Sequence record: AF234173.1
Direction: 5' to 3' (one strand)
Source of the DNA: Escherichia phage P1
Length of the DNA stretch: 64,000 nucleotides
The translations under genes and the position numbers were made by a program. Shown in pieces: positions 19,415 to 29,535 of the stretch. Position 1 is the first letter of the stretch. Every line of letters begins with the position of its first letter. Under the pieces are notes generated by a model. That model saw only the letters and a list, made by a program, of their open reading frames with translations, searched no databases and was not told the origin of the DNA.

Positions 19415-20215
19415 ATGCAACAAACATTCAATGCGGATATGAATATATCAAACCTTCATCAAAATGTCGATCCTTCAACCACTCTGCCCGTTATTTGTGG
19501 TGTTGAAATTACGACCGACCGCGCTGGCCGTTACAACCTTAATGCTCTACACAGAGCGAGCGGACTCGGTGCCCATAAAGCGCCAGCTCAATGGCTAAGA
19601 ACGCTGTCAGCTAAACAGCTCATCGAAGAGCTTGAAAAAGAAACTATGCAGAATTGCATAGTTTCGTTCGAAGGCCGTGGCGGCGGCACTTTTGCCCATG
19701 AATTGCTCGCTGTGGAGTACGCAGGCTGGATTTCTCCCGCGTTTCGGCTGAAGGTAAACCAGACATTTATCGACTATCGAACCGGAAGATTACAACCTGC
19801 TATTCCGCAGAGTCTCCCTGAAGCTCTCCGTTTGGCTGCCGACCTGGCAGAGCAAAAGCAACGGCTGGAGCAAAAAATGCTTATGGATGCACCTAAAGTC
19901 GAATTCGCTGAACGCGTTGCTACCGCCAGCGGGGTTCTAATCGGCAACTATGCCAAAGTGCTCGGCCTGGGCCAAAACTATCTCTTCACCTGGTTGCGTG
20001 ATAACGGAATTCTGATCGCAACCGGTGAACGCAGGAACGTCCCCAAACAAGAATACATATCTCGTGGGTATTTCACCCTTAAAGAAACCGTGATCGATAC
20101 AAGCAATGGAAGCAGGATTTCTTTCACGACTCGTATAACCGGCAAAGGTCAGCAGTGGCTGATGAAGCGATTGCTTGATGCTGGTGTGCTGGTACCTGTC
20201 GCGGCAACGCGCTAA
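19415..20215 (+). CDS. kilA: KilA-type protein (KilA-N plus antirepressor-like C-terminal domain)
   Basis: 266 aa; C-terminal ~140 aa closely paralogous to the Ant C-terminus; followed by repL. Confidence 0.75.
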   Translation: MQQTFNADMNISNLHQNVDPSTTLPVICGVEITTDRAGRYNLNALHRASGLGAHKAPAQWLRTLSAKQLIEELEKETMQNCIVSFEGRGGGTFAHELLAVEYAGWISPAFRLKVNQTFIDYRTGRLQPAIPQSLPEALRLAADLAEQKQRLEQKMLMDAPKVEFAERVATASGVLIGNYAKVLGLGQNYLFTWLRDNGILIATGERRNVPKQEYISRGYFTLKETVIDTSNGSRISFTTRITGKGQQWLMKRLLDAGVLVPVAATR

Positions 20216-20244
20216 CAGACGTAGTAAGAACCACCAGCATTGTA

Positions 20245-21090
20245 ATGCTGGCTAAAGTCACTTTCCTGAGCTGTATAACGATGAGCGATTTTACTTTTTC
20301 TGGCTATGAATTGGCCTGCTTTGTAACACACTCCGGTCTATCCCGTAGCGCCGGGCATATCCTGTCGCAATGTGCAAATCTCGCGGCAACAACCAGTGAA
20401 TACTTCATTCACAAGCCTCACCGCCTGATCGCGGCAGAAACTGGTTATAGCCAATCAACCGTCGTTCGTGCATTCCGTGAAGCTGTAAACAAAGGAATTC
20501 TGTCTGTAGAGATTGTTATCGGCGATCACCGTGAACGTCGCGCTAACCTGTACCGGTTTACACCATCCTTTTTGGCCTTCGCACAACAAGCCAAAAATGC
20601 GCTGATAGAAAGCAAATTAAAGATCTCTTCAGCGGCAACCAAGGTTAAAGCTGTTCTCGCTAAGACATTGGCTTTATTTAATTTTTTATCCACACCCCCA
20701 TGTCAAAATGATACCCCCTCCCCCTGTCAGGATGACGTGGCAATAAAGAATAAGAAGTCACAAGTTAAAAAAACAAAAAGATCAGTTTCCGGCGGTGCCG
20801 GAACAACCAGCCTCAAAAAATTGACTTCATGGATCGCTAAGGCAAAAGCAAAGGCTGACAATCTGCGGTTATCCAAAAAACGCACTCAAAAACATGAGTT
20901 CAAGCAGAAAGTAGAGGCGGCTGCGCGGAAATATGCTTACCTGAAGAACAAGCGTTCGCCTGATATTGGCGGGATATCAAACTTCGATAACCTACCGCAT
21001 TGCATGACGGTAAACGAAGCTCTTAATGCGGTTTTAGCCAAAAATAAAGATAACGAACAATGGGGTATACCGGCAGGATTCAGAGGGTAA
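20245..21090 (+). CDS. repL: lytic replicon initiator RepL
   Basis: 281 aa downstream of kilA under the Op53-like operator; Lys-rich C-terminal half. Confidence 0.75.
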   Translation: MLAKVTFLSCITMSDFTFSGYELACFVTHSGLSRSAGHILSQCANLAATTSEYFIHKPHRLIAAETGYSQSTVVRAFREAVNKGILSVEIVIGDHRERRANLYRFTPSFLAFAQQAKNALIESKLKISSAATKVKAVLAKTLALFNFLSTPPCQNDTPSPCQDDVAIKNKKSQVKKTKRSVSGGAGTTSLKKLTSWIAKAKAKADNLRLSKKRTQKHEFKQKVEAAARKYAYLKNKRSPDIGGISNFDNLPHCMTVNEALNAVLAKNKDNEQWGIPAGFRG

Positions 21091-21093
21091 TGA

Positions 21094-21110
21094 ATTGCTC
21101 TAATTATAAC
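21094..21110 (+). promoter_or_regulatory. degenerate C1-operator-like site
   Basis: ATTGCTCTAATTATAAC, about 12/17 match. Confidence 0.3.
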
Positions 21111-21258
21111 CATGCATACTTTCAACACCTCTAGTTTGCCATGAGGCAAACTCATAGGTGTCCTGGTAAGAGGACACTGTTGCCAAAACTGGACGCCCCA
21201 TTATTGCAATTAATAAACAACTAACGGACAATTCTACCTAACAATAAGTGGAGTTAAC

Positions 21259-21963
21259 ATGTTGAACCGAAGAACATTTAATGTATTCTGCGATGAATCC
21301 TGTCACCTACTAAATGATCATAATAAAGTCATGGTATTGGGTGCGCTTTGGTGTCCCGGCACTATCACAAAAAAAATTGCTAGAGACATCAAGGAATTAA
21401 AATTAAAACACAATCTAAAACCTGATTTCGAAATCAAGTGGACTAAAGTATCTGCGTCCAAAGTTGAATTTTACTTAGATGTCGTAGATTACTTCTTCAG
21501 CAACCCTGCATTGCGCTTTAGAGGTGTTGTTGTTCCTGATAAAGAGCAACTGGACCATGCTCGATTCCATCAAGATCATAATACTTTCTATTATAAGATG
21601 TTTTTTTATGTCTTAAAAAACATAATAGAAAGTAACAACACATACAATATCTACCTAGATATAAAAGATACTTTAGGTATTGAAAAAATTGAGAAATTAA
21701 GAGGGGTTCTTCACAATGATCGCTATGATTACAATCATGAGTCGATAAACAGAATTCAACATATACGATCTCATGAAGTGCAGCAATTGCAGCTAACGGA
21801 TCTTTTCATTGGCGCGTTAGGCTACGTTCATCGAGGAATGAATAGCAACGCGGGAAAAATCCAAGTCATAAACAGAATAAAATCACATACAAACAGGGAG
21901 TTACTAAAAAGTACTCTTCCAACAGAAAGTAAATTTAATATTTTCGTGTGGGAGGCTCGCTGA
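21259..21963 (+). CDS. DUF3800-like protein (234 aa)
   Basis: N-terminal FCDESCH motif typical of DUF3800; AT-rich; two palindromes in its promoter region. Confidence 0.55.
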   Translation: MLNRRTFNVFCDESCHLLNDHNKVMVLGALWCPGTITKKIARDIKELKLKHNLKPDFEIKWTKVSASKVEFYLDVVDYFFSNPALRFRGVVVPDKEQLDHARFHQDHNTFYYKMFFYVLKNIIESNNTYNIYLDIKDTLGIEKIEKLRGVLHNDRYDYNHESINRIQHIRSHEVQQLQLTDLFIGALGYVHRGMNSNAGKIQVINRIKSHTNRELLKSTLPTESKFNIFVWEAR

Positions 21964-22427
21964 TGCTTCAAATGCCAGATTTATTGTACTTCAATGGAAG
22001 TTGGCAAGAGTATATAGACGATGTATATGATGTTGTTAGAGAAGATATTTTAATATCTAATATAACGTTTAAGGGTCTCCCTGTTCGATTACGTTATTCA
22101 CCGGAATATAATGGGAAAGAATTCGGATTTTGGCATTTAGTATCAGAGGGAAAAATAGAAGAAGAACGTATACCCGATCTTGAACGGTGCAAGCGAATTC
22201 GCTGGATCGCGCACATGATAAGGAATTATAACCATTGCGATATATCATGTTGGTCTGAAAGACGAGGACCAACTGAAGAGTGGGTAATCTGGAATGAGTG
22301 TGAAAACTACGTTGTTGTGCTATCCGCACGTAGAGACTATTGGCTTCTCAAAACAGCCTATGTTGTAACCTATGACAGTAAAATCAGAACACTCAAACAA
22401 AGCAGAAAAAGAGCACTTGGGACATAA
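21963..22427 (+). CDS. hypothetical protein translationally coupled to the DUF3800-like gene
   Basis: ATG overlaps the upstream stop (TGATG) with GGGAGG 6 nt upstream; track lists 21948..22427. Confidence 0.5.
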   Translation: MLQMPDLLYFNGSWQEYIDDVYDVVREDILISNITFKGLPVRLRYSPEYNGKEFGFWHLVSEGKIEEERIPDLERCKRIRWIAHMIRNYNHCDISCWSERRGPTEEWVIWNECENYVVVLSARRDYWLLKTAYVVTYDSKIRTLKQSRKRALGT

Positions 22428-22432
22428 AAAGC

Positions 22433-22465
22433 TGAACCCGACACATATTGCTATGTATCGGGTTC
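22433..22465 (+). terminator. putative hairpin terminator after the two-gene operon
   Basis: CCCGACACATA...TATGTATCGGG stem-loop. Confidence 0.35.
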
Positions 22466-22592
22466 GATCGCTCTTTCTACACATGGTAGATGAGTAATGC
22501 AAATCTAACCGATCTACTTTAGCTTTTCAATAGCTAGCTATAACTTTCCGCACATATTCTTCTGATAATTCCGGGAGAGCGGTTGGGTTTTT

Positions 22593-22889
22593 TCATGCTT
22601 TTCTGCGCAGAGAAGCACACTTATTCAGCAATAATAAGTGCAATTCTTTGTTATCACTAAGTATTTCTACACACCAATATCGTAACGTGTTCACTTCAAG
22701 TGTAGCCAGCACCTTATGTCGAAAAGCCCCCTCCCCTACACATAACGATGGCTGACATTCTGCTAAGGCACATAACCATGTATTGGCATCATAGAGAATC
22801 CAATAATGCTCCTCGGAAATAGTTTTGCATCCAATTATTTCGAATCTTCGTTCTATCGTTTCAGGAGAGTATGAAAAATCAATTTCCAT
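22593..22889 (-). CDS. hypothetical protein (98 aa)
   Basis: ORF track; AT-rich. Confidence 0.4.
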   Translation of the reverse strand: MEIDFSYSPETIERRFEIIGCKTISEEHYWILYDANTWLCALAECQPSLCVGEGAFRHKVLATLEVNTLRYWCVEILSDNKELHLLLLNKCASLRRKA

Positions 22890-22972
22890 AATATGCTCAA
22901 AATTTCGCTATATTGACATGATTTAAGCACAAAAAAGCTCCCGAAGGAGCTTTAAAATACAAGGGATGACTC

Positions 22973-23482
22973 TTAATCCCACTCAATCCAGTTGTAGACG
23001 ATACGAAGTGACGGGCGCACAGCAGCAGTCACATCTTCGGTACTAAAGTCGATTGCATCACTGTAGATTTTGCAGTCCAACATTTCAATTGTTGTAGCAG
23101 CTTTTGTCACAGCGTTAACCCCGGAAGATTTGGATTCAGGGGTAGCAGCCATCGTGATATCAACATAGTCCTTCGCCGCAATGCGATCCTTGATGAACTG
23201 AAGAATATCGCCTTCGATAGTCTCCACGCACTGGACCTGGATTTCCCCAGAGTTTCGAATTGGTCCGTGCTGGTTGAACTTCACACCATTCGGACCATAG
23301 TCCTCCACATCCTCGCGGGTCATTTCAGGAATTTGCGACGTGCGAACCAGTACGCTGATATCTTCATGGCCTGCAAAAGTGAGCAGGAATTCAGAAGATA
23401 CCAGTCGTTCGCCTTTGGCCGCGTTGGCAGTATAGCGGCCCTTAATAAATTTACGGTTTCCCTTAGTGTTATTGTGCCCCAT
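22973..23482 (-). CDS. tail tube-like protein (169 aa)
   Basis: Size and composition typical of contractile-tail tube proteins; upstream of the sheath gene. Confidence 0.45.
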   Translation of the reverse strand: MGHNNTKGNRKFIKGRYTANAAKGERLVSSEFLLTFAGHEDISVLVRTSQIPEMTREDVEDYGPNGVKFNQHGPIRNSGEIQVQCVETIEGDILQFIKDRIAAKDYVDITMAATPESKSSGVNAVTKAATTIEMLDCKIYSDAIDFSTEDVTAAVRPSLRIVYNWIEWD

Positions 23483-23493
23483 ATAAAATCCTT

Positions 23494-24075
23494 TTACTGG
23501 AACGCCCGAACAATATCGGAGCTGTTATATATCGAAGAACCGGTCAACTGGAGGTTGACGGTGTTTTTCAGGAAATATCCATTACTGTCCCTTGGCGCAT
23601 CGAGATCAAAACTTAAGTCCTGGATGGCGACATCGGTGATGTTGATCCGGCGACCAATGTTTAGCGTCACGCGCTCCGGGATTCGACCACCAACATTGGC
23701 CGCTTTTAGTTCCGGGCTAATCATGGCTGTCAACGCGGCGATAGCGCCTGAAACTTCAATGAATGGATTGTTCAAAGCAATGAAAGTTACAGGCAGCGTG
23801 AACGTCGGCGGAGTCCCCCCTTCCCAAACCATTAAGCTATTCCAACGGGCAACCGACGTTGTTTCAGTACGTACTTGCACAAAACCACCCAGAGCACCAG
23901 AAACAGATCCCATGGACATACCGGTAAACGGCGCTTCCCAATTCTGGGCCATGTTCATTGCCGCTCCCTGGCTGATATATCCGGTAACCTGGTACTGAGA
24001 GTTCGTTAAAGTAACTTTCAGATATGGCGATACACCGTCAGCCTGGCTGTAAACCCCATAAGCTATAGGAGCCAT
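23494..24075 (-). CDS. tail structural protein (193 aa)
   Basis: ORF track; structural operon context. Confidence 0.4.
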   Translation of the reverse strand: MAPIAYGVYSQADGVSPYLKVTLTNSQYQVTGYISQGAAMNMAQNWEAPFTGMSMGSVSGALGGFVQVRTETTSVARWNSLMVWEGGTPPTFTLPVTFIALNNPFIEVSGAIAALTAMISPELKAANVGGRIPERVTLNIGRRINITDVAIQDLSFDLDAPRDSNGYFLKNTVNLQLTGSSIYNSSDIVRAFQ

Positions 24076-24110
24076 TCAAGTTAAAGGCCGGAGTTCCCCG
24101 GCCTCCTCCT

Positions 24111-24926
24111 TTAGCCAAGGCGCTTACGGCGCAGTTTCATTGACTTTTTGCGGGCAAGTTTTGCCGCGCCAGTCTGGGCTTTTCGACGCGCTTTTTTTAG
24201 CGCCGATTTTTGAGCCGCAGTCAGACGTTTTTTACGCAGGCGTTTACGGATGAGTTTGATCTCACCGTTACGAACAACCTTCTTAAATGCTTCAGTCAGC
24301 ATTTCATCAGAAGTGCCAGCAACAACAAACGCCGCTTCCAGTTCGTCGCGGTCGTCGCTATCTAAACTAGCGATAGAGGCACCAACATCAGCAGCAGCGT
24401 CATCGTCTTCATCGTCAGCCAGTGCTTCGATCAGGTCATCATCTACACCGCATGCTGCGAGGAAGTCAGCAACATTTGCCCATGCTTCGTTATAGGCATC
24501 GTCCTGTTCTTCTGTAACTTCGGAGTCGTCGTCGTCAGAGATACCAGCGATAGCTTGAACGAAACCATCAAGGGAGTCGAAAGTCAGATCACCGCTATCA
24601 GCCCAGGCGAAAACGGCGTCGGCCGCATCACTCAACGCATTCTGCATAGCACTTCGATTTGCAGCTTCCAGAATCATCTGGTGCGCCTGTTCGACGGTCC
24701 ATTCTTTACCTTCTTTCCCTTCCAGGATTTGCTCAGGAGCCTGGTCAGGTGGAACGTTCTCGTTAATCTGTGCCGCCGGTTCCGGATTATTATTAATAAC
24801 TGGATCTGTTGGCGGTTGTGCGCTTGCTCGGGCAGACTCCATCAGCTGCACAGGATCAGAGTTCAAAGCGAAACGGGACAGTCCATTCCCCAAAAATGCC
24901 CCGGATTGAAAAAAGTTTTTGCTCAT
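24111..24926 (-). CDS. acidic protein with Lys/Arg-rich C-terminal tail (271 aa)
   Basis: ORF track; composition consistent with a scaffold or internal virion protein. Confidence 0.4.
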   Translation of the reverse strand: MSKNFFQSGAFLGNGLSRFALNSDPVQLMESARASAQPPTDPVINNNPEPAAQINENVPPDQAPEQILEGKEGKEWTVEQAHQMILEAANRSAMQNALSDAADAVFAWADSGDLTFDSLDGFVQAIAGISDDDDSEVTEEQDDAYNEAWANVADFLAACGVDDDLIEALADDEDDDAAADVGASIASLDSDDRDELEAAFVVAGTSDEMLTEAFKKVVRNGEIKLIRKRLRKKRLTAAQKSALKKARRKAQTGAAKLARKKSMKLRRKRLG

Positions 24927-24935
24927 TGTATTCCC

Positions 24936-26525
24936 TTACTTAATAAGCAGCGGTACGCCCTGGATACGACGGGCTACGCCAGTCGGGCAGCAGGCCCAGA
25001 CTACTTCCCATTTATCGAATTCCGCCTGCGTAACTTTCAGCACATACGGTTCTGTACCGTCAGCATCAGGATCACGAGGAGCCACCAGAGCGCCGGAGGC
25101 GACAAAGCGATCTAAAAGTTTGGTCATCCCTTTAGTCAGGCCAGCCGCAGTAATACCGTCCGGGCTATGCTTCATCTGTCGGGCTAACTGGACAAAGAAA
25201 CGGCTGATTGCATTCATCAGGGATGGGACGTGCTGGAAGTGCAGATAGTTATCCTGCGTGCAGCAAGTTAAAGCATCGTCGATGATCATCTGGCCAGAGG
25301 TGCCAACAGATACTTTATTGAGACGGCCCTTGACCATTGCTTCTTCGTCCGGGGTATCTTCCGGATACAGCGGTTGAATTGACGCACGAGCAATGACGGC
25401 ACGTTCTTCACCAGCCGGTGAGTAATGCCAACCACCGACATCAGAGTTTTTCTTGACGCCACGAGCTTTCGCCGCATACGCCACGCCAGACAGACCAAAG
25501 ACCACACGGGATTGGGTCCATTTGTCTTTGCAGGAGAACGGGTAGTGATAGACAGAACAGCTTACATAATCGGTACCAAGTAAACCGGTATCCTCAACAG
25601 CTGGTAGTGCTTCTGCGTACGTTAATGTCGGTTTGACATCAAAGAAGCCATCAATCAGGCGATCTGCACAGATTTTACCTAATGCGGTGATAGCCGCATT
25701 GTCATAGCAGCCCAGGCCAAGAACAGCGGTGTACATGTACGGCGCATTGTTCAGCACTTTCACCGCACGCAGGTACGCAGCGGTTGAGATTTTCGACTGA
25801 TCACCGTTGGTACCACCAGTGAACGCCAACGATTTTTTATTTGTTACTTTCGCCGTCGAAATCAGCTCTTCATTAACAACCGCGCGCAGATATTTAGAAC
25901 GGGCTTCCAGAGCCGTAGGCAGATAACACAAGCGGCCCATGTCATCTTTCGCTTCTTCCGCCAAAGACACAGTGTGTGTCTCCAGGGTCGTTACCACACC
26001 GAGCGAAGTCGTCTGGGTCAGTTTTAAGAGGAAGCGTTCATTACCCGCGCTGTCCGCTGTTGCCGTTTCGATGGTTAACTCACGGGTAGGTGAAATACAC
26101 GGATCACCATCATCAACGTAGATAGCAAAGGCTTCGCCACTATCAAGTTCAATTTCAGAACCGTATGGCAACGCACTGTAAGCCGGTTCGCCTGATTCAT
26201 CGAACATAATAATCGGGAACTTCGCATCATCCGGAACAGCGCGAACAACGTAACCAGACGTTTGCTGAATAGCTTCGTATACATGGCGAATTGGTTCGAA
26301 CTGTGAGCCGGAAGACGGCTTCAGCGGTTCGCCGAGAACATCTTCGTAATTGGACTCAGTAACCGCAAGAACAGTAAACGGCTTGCCACGCGCAAATACG
26401 CCAATACCAGCCCACAAGCTGCTATTTAATGCAACACCGGTAGATAACGTCGCATCGGCATTGATCGGGCTAACCGCGACGCCGGATGCATTACCTAATG
26501 ACTGTTGAATTGAATATTGAGACAT
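24936..26525 (-). CDS. contractile tail sheath protein
   Basis: 529 aa; position before the head gene and par locus. Confidence 0.65.
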   Translation of the reverse strand: MSQYSIQQSLGNASGVAVSPINADATLSTGVALNSSLWAGIGVFARGKPFTVLAVTESNYEDVLGEPLKPSSGSQFEPIRHVYEAIQQTSGYVVRAVPDDAKFPIIMFDESGEPAYSALPYGSEIELDSGEAFAIYVDDGDPCISPTRELTIETATADSAGNERFLLKLTQTTSLGVVTTLETHTVSLAEEAKDDMGRLCYLPTALEARSKYLRAVVNEELISTAKVTNKKSLAFTGGTNGDQSKISTAAYLRAVKVLNNAPYMYTAVLGLGCYDNAAITALGKICADRLIDGFFDVKPTLTYAEALPAVEDTGLLGTDYVSCSVYHYPFSCKDKWTQSRVVFGLSGVAYAAKARGVKKNSDVGGWHYSPAGEERAVIARASIQPLYPEDTPDEEAMVKGRLNKVSVGTSGQMIIDDALTCCTQDNYLHFQHVPSLMNAISRFFVQLARQMKHSPDGITAAGLTKGMTKLLDRFVASGALVAPRDPDADGTEPYVLKVTQAEFDKWEVVWACCPTGVARRIQGVPLLIK

Positions 26526-26585
26526 AACTTTCCCTGTTATGCGCCCCGCACGGGGGCGCTATGTTAAACGGAGAACTTCCCCTGA

Positions 26586-28313
26586 TTACTCAGAGTCACC
26601 GGCATCAATCGTGTCGCCGCTAATGAAGTTAAGCCCGCCTTTTTTGGCCATTGTCAGCGTTACACGAGTGAAGTAATCAGCGCCGTTGCGTGGGTGCATA
26701 TCGTTGATAGCCGAACCCCACAGCGTGGTACGGTTGACCAGCGCCGGAGTGGTCGGATGCTGGAACGGGATGGCCGGGACAGCATCACCAGTCACGAAGC
26801 CTGCTTTACCCGGATTTTCATCACGGACGTAGCACAGCACATCCATCGAGCTGAACTGAATGTTCTCTGTCGTTAAGTTCTTACAAATACCAGCAGGTAC
26901 TTCGTACACTTTCACGTTACCGAACAGGGTACCGATGTAGTGAACATACGGAGTCTGGATATAGTCTTCGGCTGGCTGGAAGAAATCCTTCGGCAACTGT
27001 TTGAAGAAAGATGCTGCATCAGCACCAGCAAACATCCCCATCGCACCAGAAGATTTAACGCGCTCAATAATGTCGCGATATACAGTCTGGAATTTGCCAC
27101 GAATGATGGTTGCCCATACATCAAAGGACTGGTTAACCGGCAGAGCGATGTCAAAGGTGTCGGTCGCAAGAGTGCGCCAGATCATGATGCGAAGACGCAG
27201 CATATCCTGTTCATGAGACAGGTATTCCTTCAGGGTGCGGAACTGTAGGGAACCCAGGTCCAGACCAAATTCACGCTGTGCTTCATACGCCGCCTGTACC
27301 GTGTGCTCAGCCGCGATAACGAACTGACTTGGGAACAGGGTGTATTTCTTCATTTCGTGGTTGATCAGCGGGATCAGCTCAGGAGCGGCTTCAATATTGA
27401 TTTCCGTCTCAATTGCGATCTCAGTGCCTTTATCCGGCGCTTTGGAGAACGACAGGGCAATCTGACCAATGTTGTAGTTCAGAGAGCAGGTAACAGTGAT
27501 TTGCTCACCAGCAGCATTAGTAAACGAGTGAAGTAGGCTGCCGGAACCGTTATCAACAACAGACTTAATACGGTTAACGTAGATGTTAGTGCGACCTTTT
27601 CGGATTGGTACATTCTGGCCTTCGAAGTCTTCCATCTTGAAGGTTGCGGTTTTGCTGGTGCCATCGGAGCTTGCCACCAGCACATAGCGGCGACGTAACT
27701 GGCTGTACACACCGACGGATTGCATGTCCAGAACATCACCAGCAGCATAAGAACCAAAAGATGAACCTGCCACGTTAAAGACTTCATAGATGTCGGACTG
27801 GTCACGCGTAACCGGAATGAAGGTACACGCATCAGCGGTAGCTGCCCCCAACTGAACAGGCAGGATCATCGCGAGGAATAAAGGCAGACGCATAACACCG
27901 TCAGAAACGCTCATCATCTCTGCTGCGACAGATTCCAGCATCGCTTTATTAGTGGCATCCATGCTATTGCGGGTGGACTCTATCAGGCAGTTTTCCAGCG
28001 TCTGGTGGCAGGAGGCCAGAATTTCCGGACGCGGCATAGATTTATGTGCTGCGGCGTAGTCAGCCAGTGCACTTGCCCACGCTGTAGCGATTTGAGCGGT
28101 GGCATTATCAGAGATACCCGCAAAAACCGGGTCTTTACGTGCAGCTTCAAGGATAGATGCGGCACGCGCGGCATCATCTTTAATGAATTGGTTATCAGTA
28201 CCGAACTGCGCAGTGCTTGCCCAGCCAAGCACAGCTTTAGAGCGTTTTGCGATATCTGCAATACGATTCTGGTATTCGCGTAAGTTACTCAATTTACTCT
28301 TCCTTAAACACAA
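26586..28313 (-). CDS. putative major head protein
   Basis: 575-aa ORF between sheath gene and parS, the position of P1 gene 23. Confidence 0.45.
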   Translation of the reverse strand: MCLRKSKLSNLREYQNRIADIAKRSKAVLGWASTAQFGTDNQFIKDDAARAASILEAARKDPVFAGISDNATAQIATAWASALADYAAAHKSMPRPEILASCHQTLENCLIESTRNSMDATNKAMLESVAAEMMSVSDGVMRLPLFLAMILPVQLGAATADACTFIPVTRDQSDIYEVFNVAGSSFGSYAAGDVLDMQSVGVYSQLRRRYVLVASSDGTSKTATFKMEDFEGQNVPIRKGRTNIYVNRIKSVVDNGSGSLLHSFTNAAGEQITVTCSLNYNIGQIALSFSKAPDKGTEIAIETEINIEAAPELIPLINHEMKKYTLFPSQFVIAAEHTVQAAYEAQREFGLDLGSLQFRTLKEYLSHEQDMLRLRIMIWRTLATDTFDIALPVNQSFDVWATIIRGKFQTVYRDIIERVKSSGAMGMFAGADAASFFKQLPKDFFQPAEDYIQTPYVHYIGTLFGNVKVYEVPAGICKNLTTENIQFSSMDVLCYVRDENPGKAGFVTGDAVPAIPFQHPTTPALVNRTTLWGSAINDMHPRNGADYFTRVTLTMAKKGGLNFISGDTIDAGDSE

Positions 28314-28424
28314 GGCACTTGTGTGAATCCCTTTTCGGAAGAGATTTTATTGAAAGTCACTTGTTGACTTTCTCGTGACAAGCAATTTTTTTATTTTTTT
28401 CGGGAGGAGGGGAGGAAGGTAAAA

Positions 28425-28515
28425 TCCAAGGTGAAATCGTGGCGATTTCACCTTGAAATTTTAGAGTAATTTACTTTAAAAACAGTCAGTTAATAGTGAA
28501 ATTTGAATGGCGAAA
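28425..28515. promoter_or_regulatory. parS partition site (ParB box A/B motifs flanking an AT-rich IHF-type core)
   Basis: GTGAAAT / TCGCCA motifs arranged around an AT-rich core, directly downstream of parB. Confidence 0.8.
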
Positions 28516-28517
28516 GT

Positions 28518-29519
28518 TTAAGGCTTCGGCTTTTTATCGAGGCTCTTTCTAAGGATATGCCCAATCATCCTGTCGAGTTCTTCCTGTAACTCTTTTGAGA
28601 GTCGATTAAACTCATAAGAAAATGCACGGCCTTTCACGCGCTTCCTTGCAAAGCGATCCTTGTCCTCAAATTTCCATAATTCAGTAACTACGGACTTATC
28701 TTTAGAACCTTTATCCGTGAGTAGTGAGGCTTCCTTTGTTATCAAGCGCAGGATTTTATTTTTAACTTCATCTTCGGCCATTTCTTCAATGGATAAGATG
28801 TCGTTTATTTCCGGGGATATGTTTTGAATAAGCTGATCAAACTCTAAATTCTTGTTCCCCATTTCGTCGCCAACAGCACAAAGCGTTTTGTAGTCCGAAA
28901 AGGTTAATTCCGACTGCACAGGGAAAAGGGCGACTAATTCTTCCGGAGCACTCGCTGCCTGGAGAGCACGCGTGACCTTCGCCTGAGACAGCCCTTCTTT
29001 GGCTGCAATATCCTTCTGACTCATCCCATCATTTTTCATTCGCATCAAACGCAGACCTATTTCTCGAATGCTGTGCTGCAATGCTGTCTGAACGTCTTTC
29101 GCTAAATTTTGCGCTTCCTGAACGCTGATCTCCTGGTCCGTGACTAAAACCCGCAACCCTACGTTCTCTAAGATGGCAGAAGCTCGACGCCGGGAACCAT
29201 CCAAAATTTCAATTTTCCCTGTAGCCCGTCTAACACCTATTGCAGGGTAAAATTGCTGATGCTTAATAGTGCTTCGGATACTTTTTAATGATTTTGGCGT
29301 AAGAGATGCCTGGTCACGCCCGTTGTTATGCTGATCAACAAAGGTATCGCTTTCTACCTGGTTCGGAGGTATTACCTCTTCAATAAATGTGGCCTGGCGA
29401 CCAGTTGATAACTTGAATACCTGCTCGACTCGATCGCCAGAGGCTGAAGAACTATCAAATCCGCTTAATATTGAAGGATTAAGGGTTCGCCCAATTGTTG
29501 GTCTGTTTTTCTTTGACAT
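28518..29519 (-). CDS. parB: partition protein ParB
   Basis: 333 aa; ParB N-terminal and HTH region; parA-parB-parS arrangement. Confidence 0.9.
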   Translation of the reverse strand: MSKKNRPTIGRTLNPSILSGFDSSSASGDRVEQVFKLSTGRQATFIEEVIPPNQVESDTFVDQHNNGRDQASLTPKSLKSIRSTIKHQQFYPAIGVRRATGKIEILDGSRRRASAILENVGLRVLVTDQEISVQEAQNLAKDVQTALQHSIREIGLRLMRMKNDGMSQKDIAAKEGLSQAKVTRALQAASAPEELVALFPVQSELTFSDYKTLCAVGDEMGNKNLEFDQLIQNISPEINDILSIEEMAEDEVKNKILRLITKEASLLTDKGSKDKSVVTELWKFEDKDRFARKRVKGRAFSYEFNRLSKELQEELDRMIGHILRKSLDKKPKP

Positions 29520-29535
29520 GGGGGTTTCTTACTCC

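Noticed and set aside
26694-28326. Short ORFs on both strands overlapping the putative head gene
   Set aside because: Nested within a long, well-formed minus-strand ORF; Cys/Arg-rich artefactual composition.
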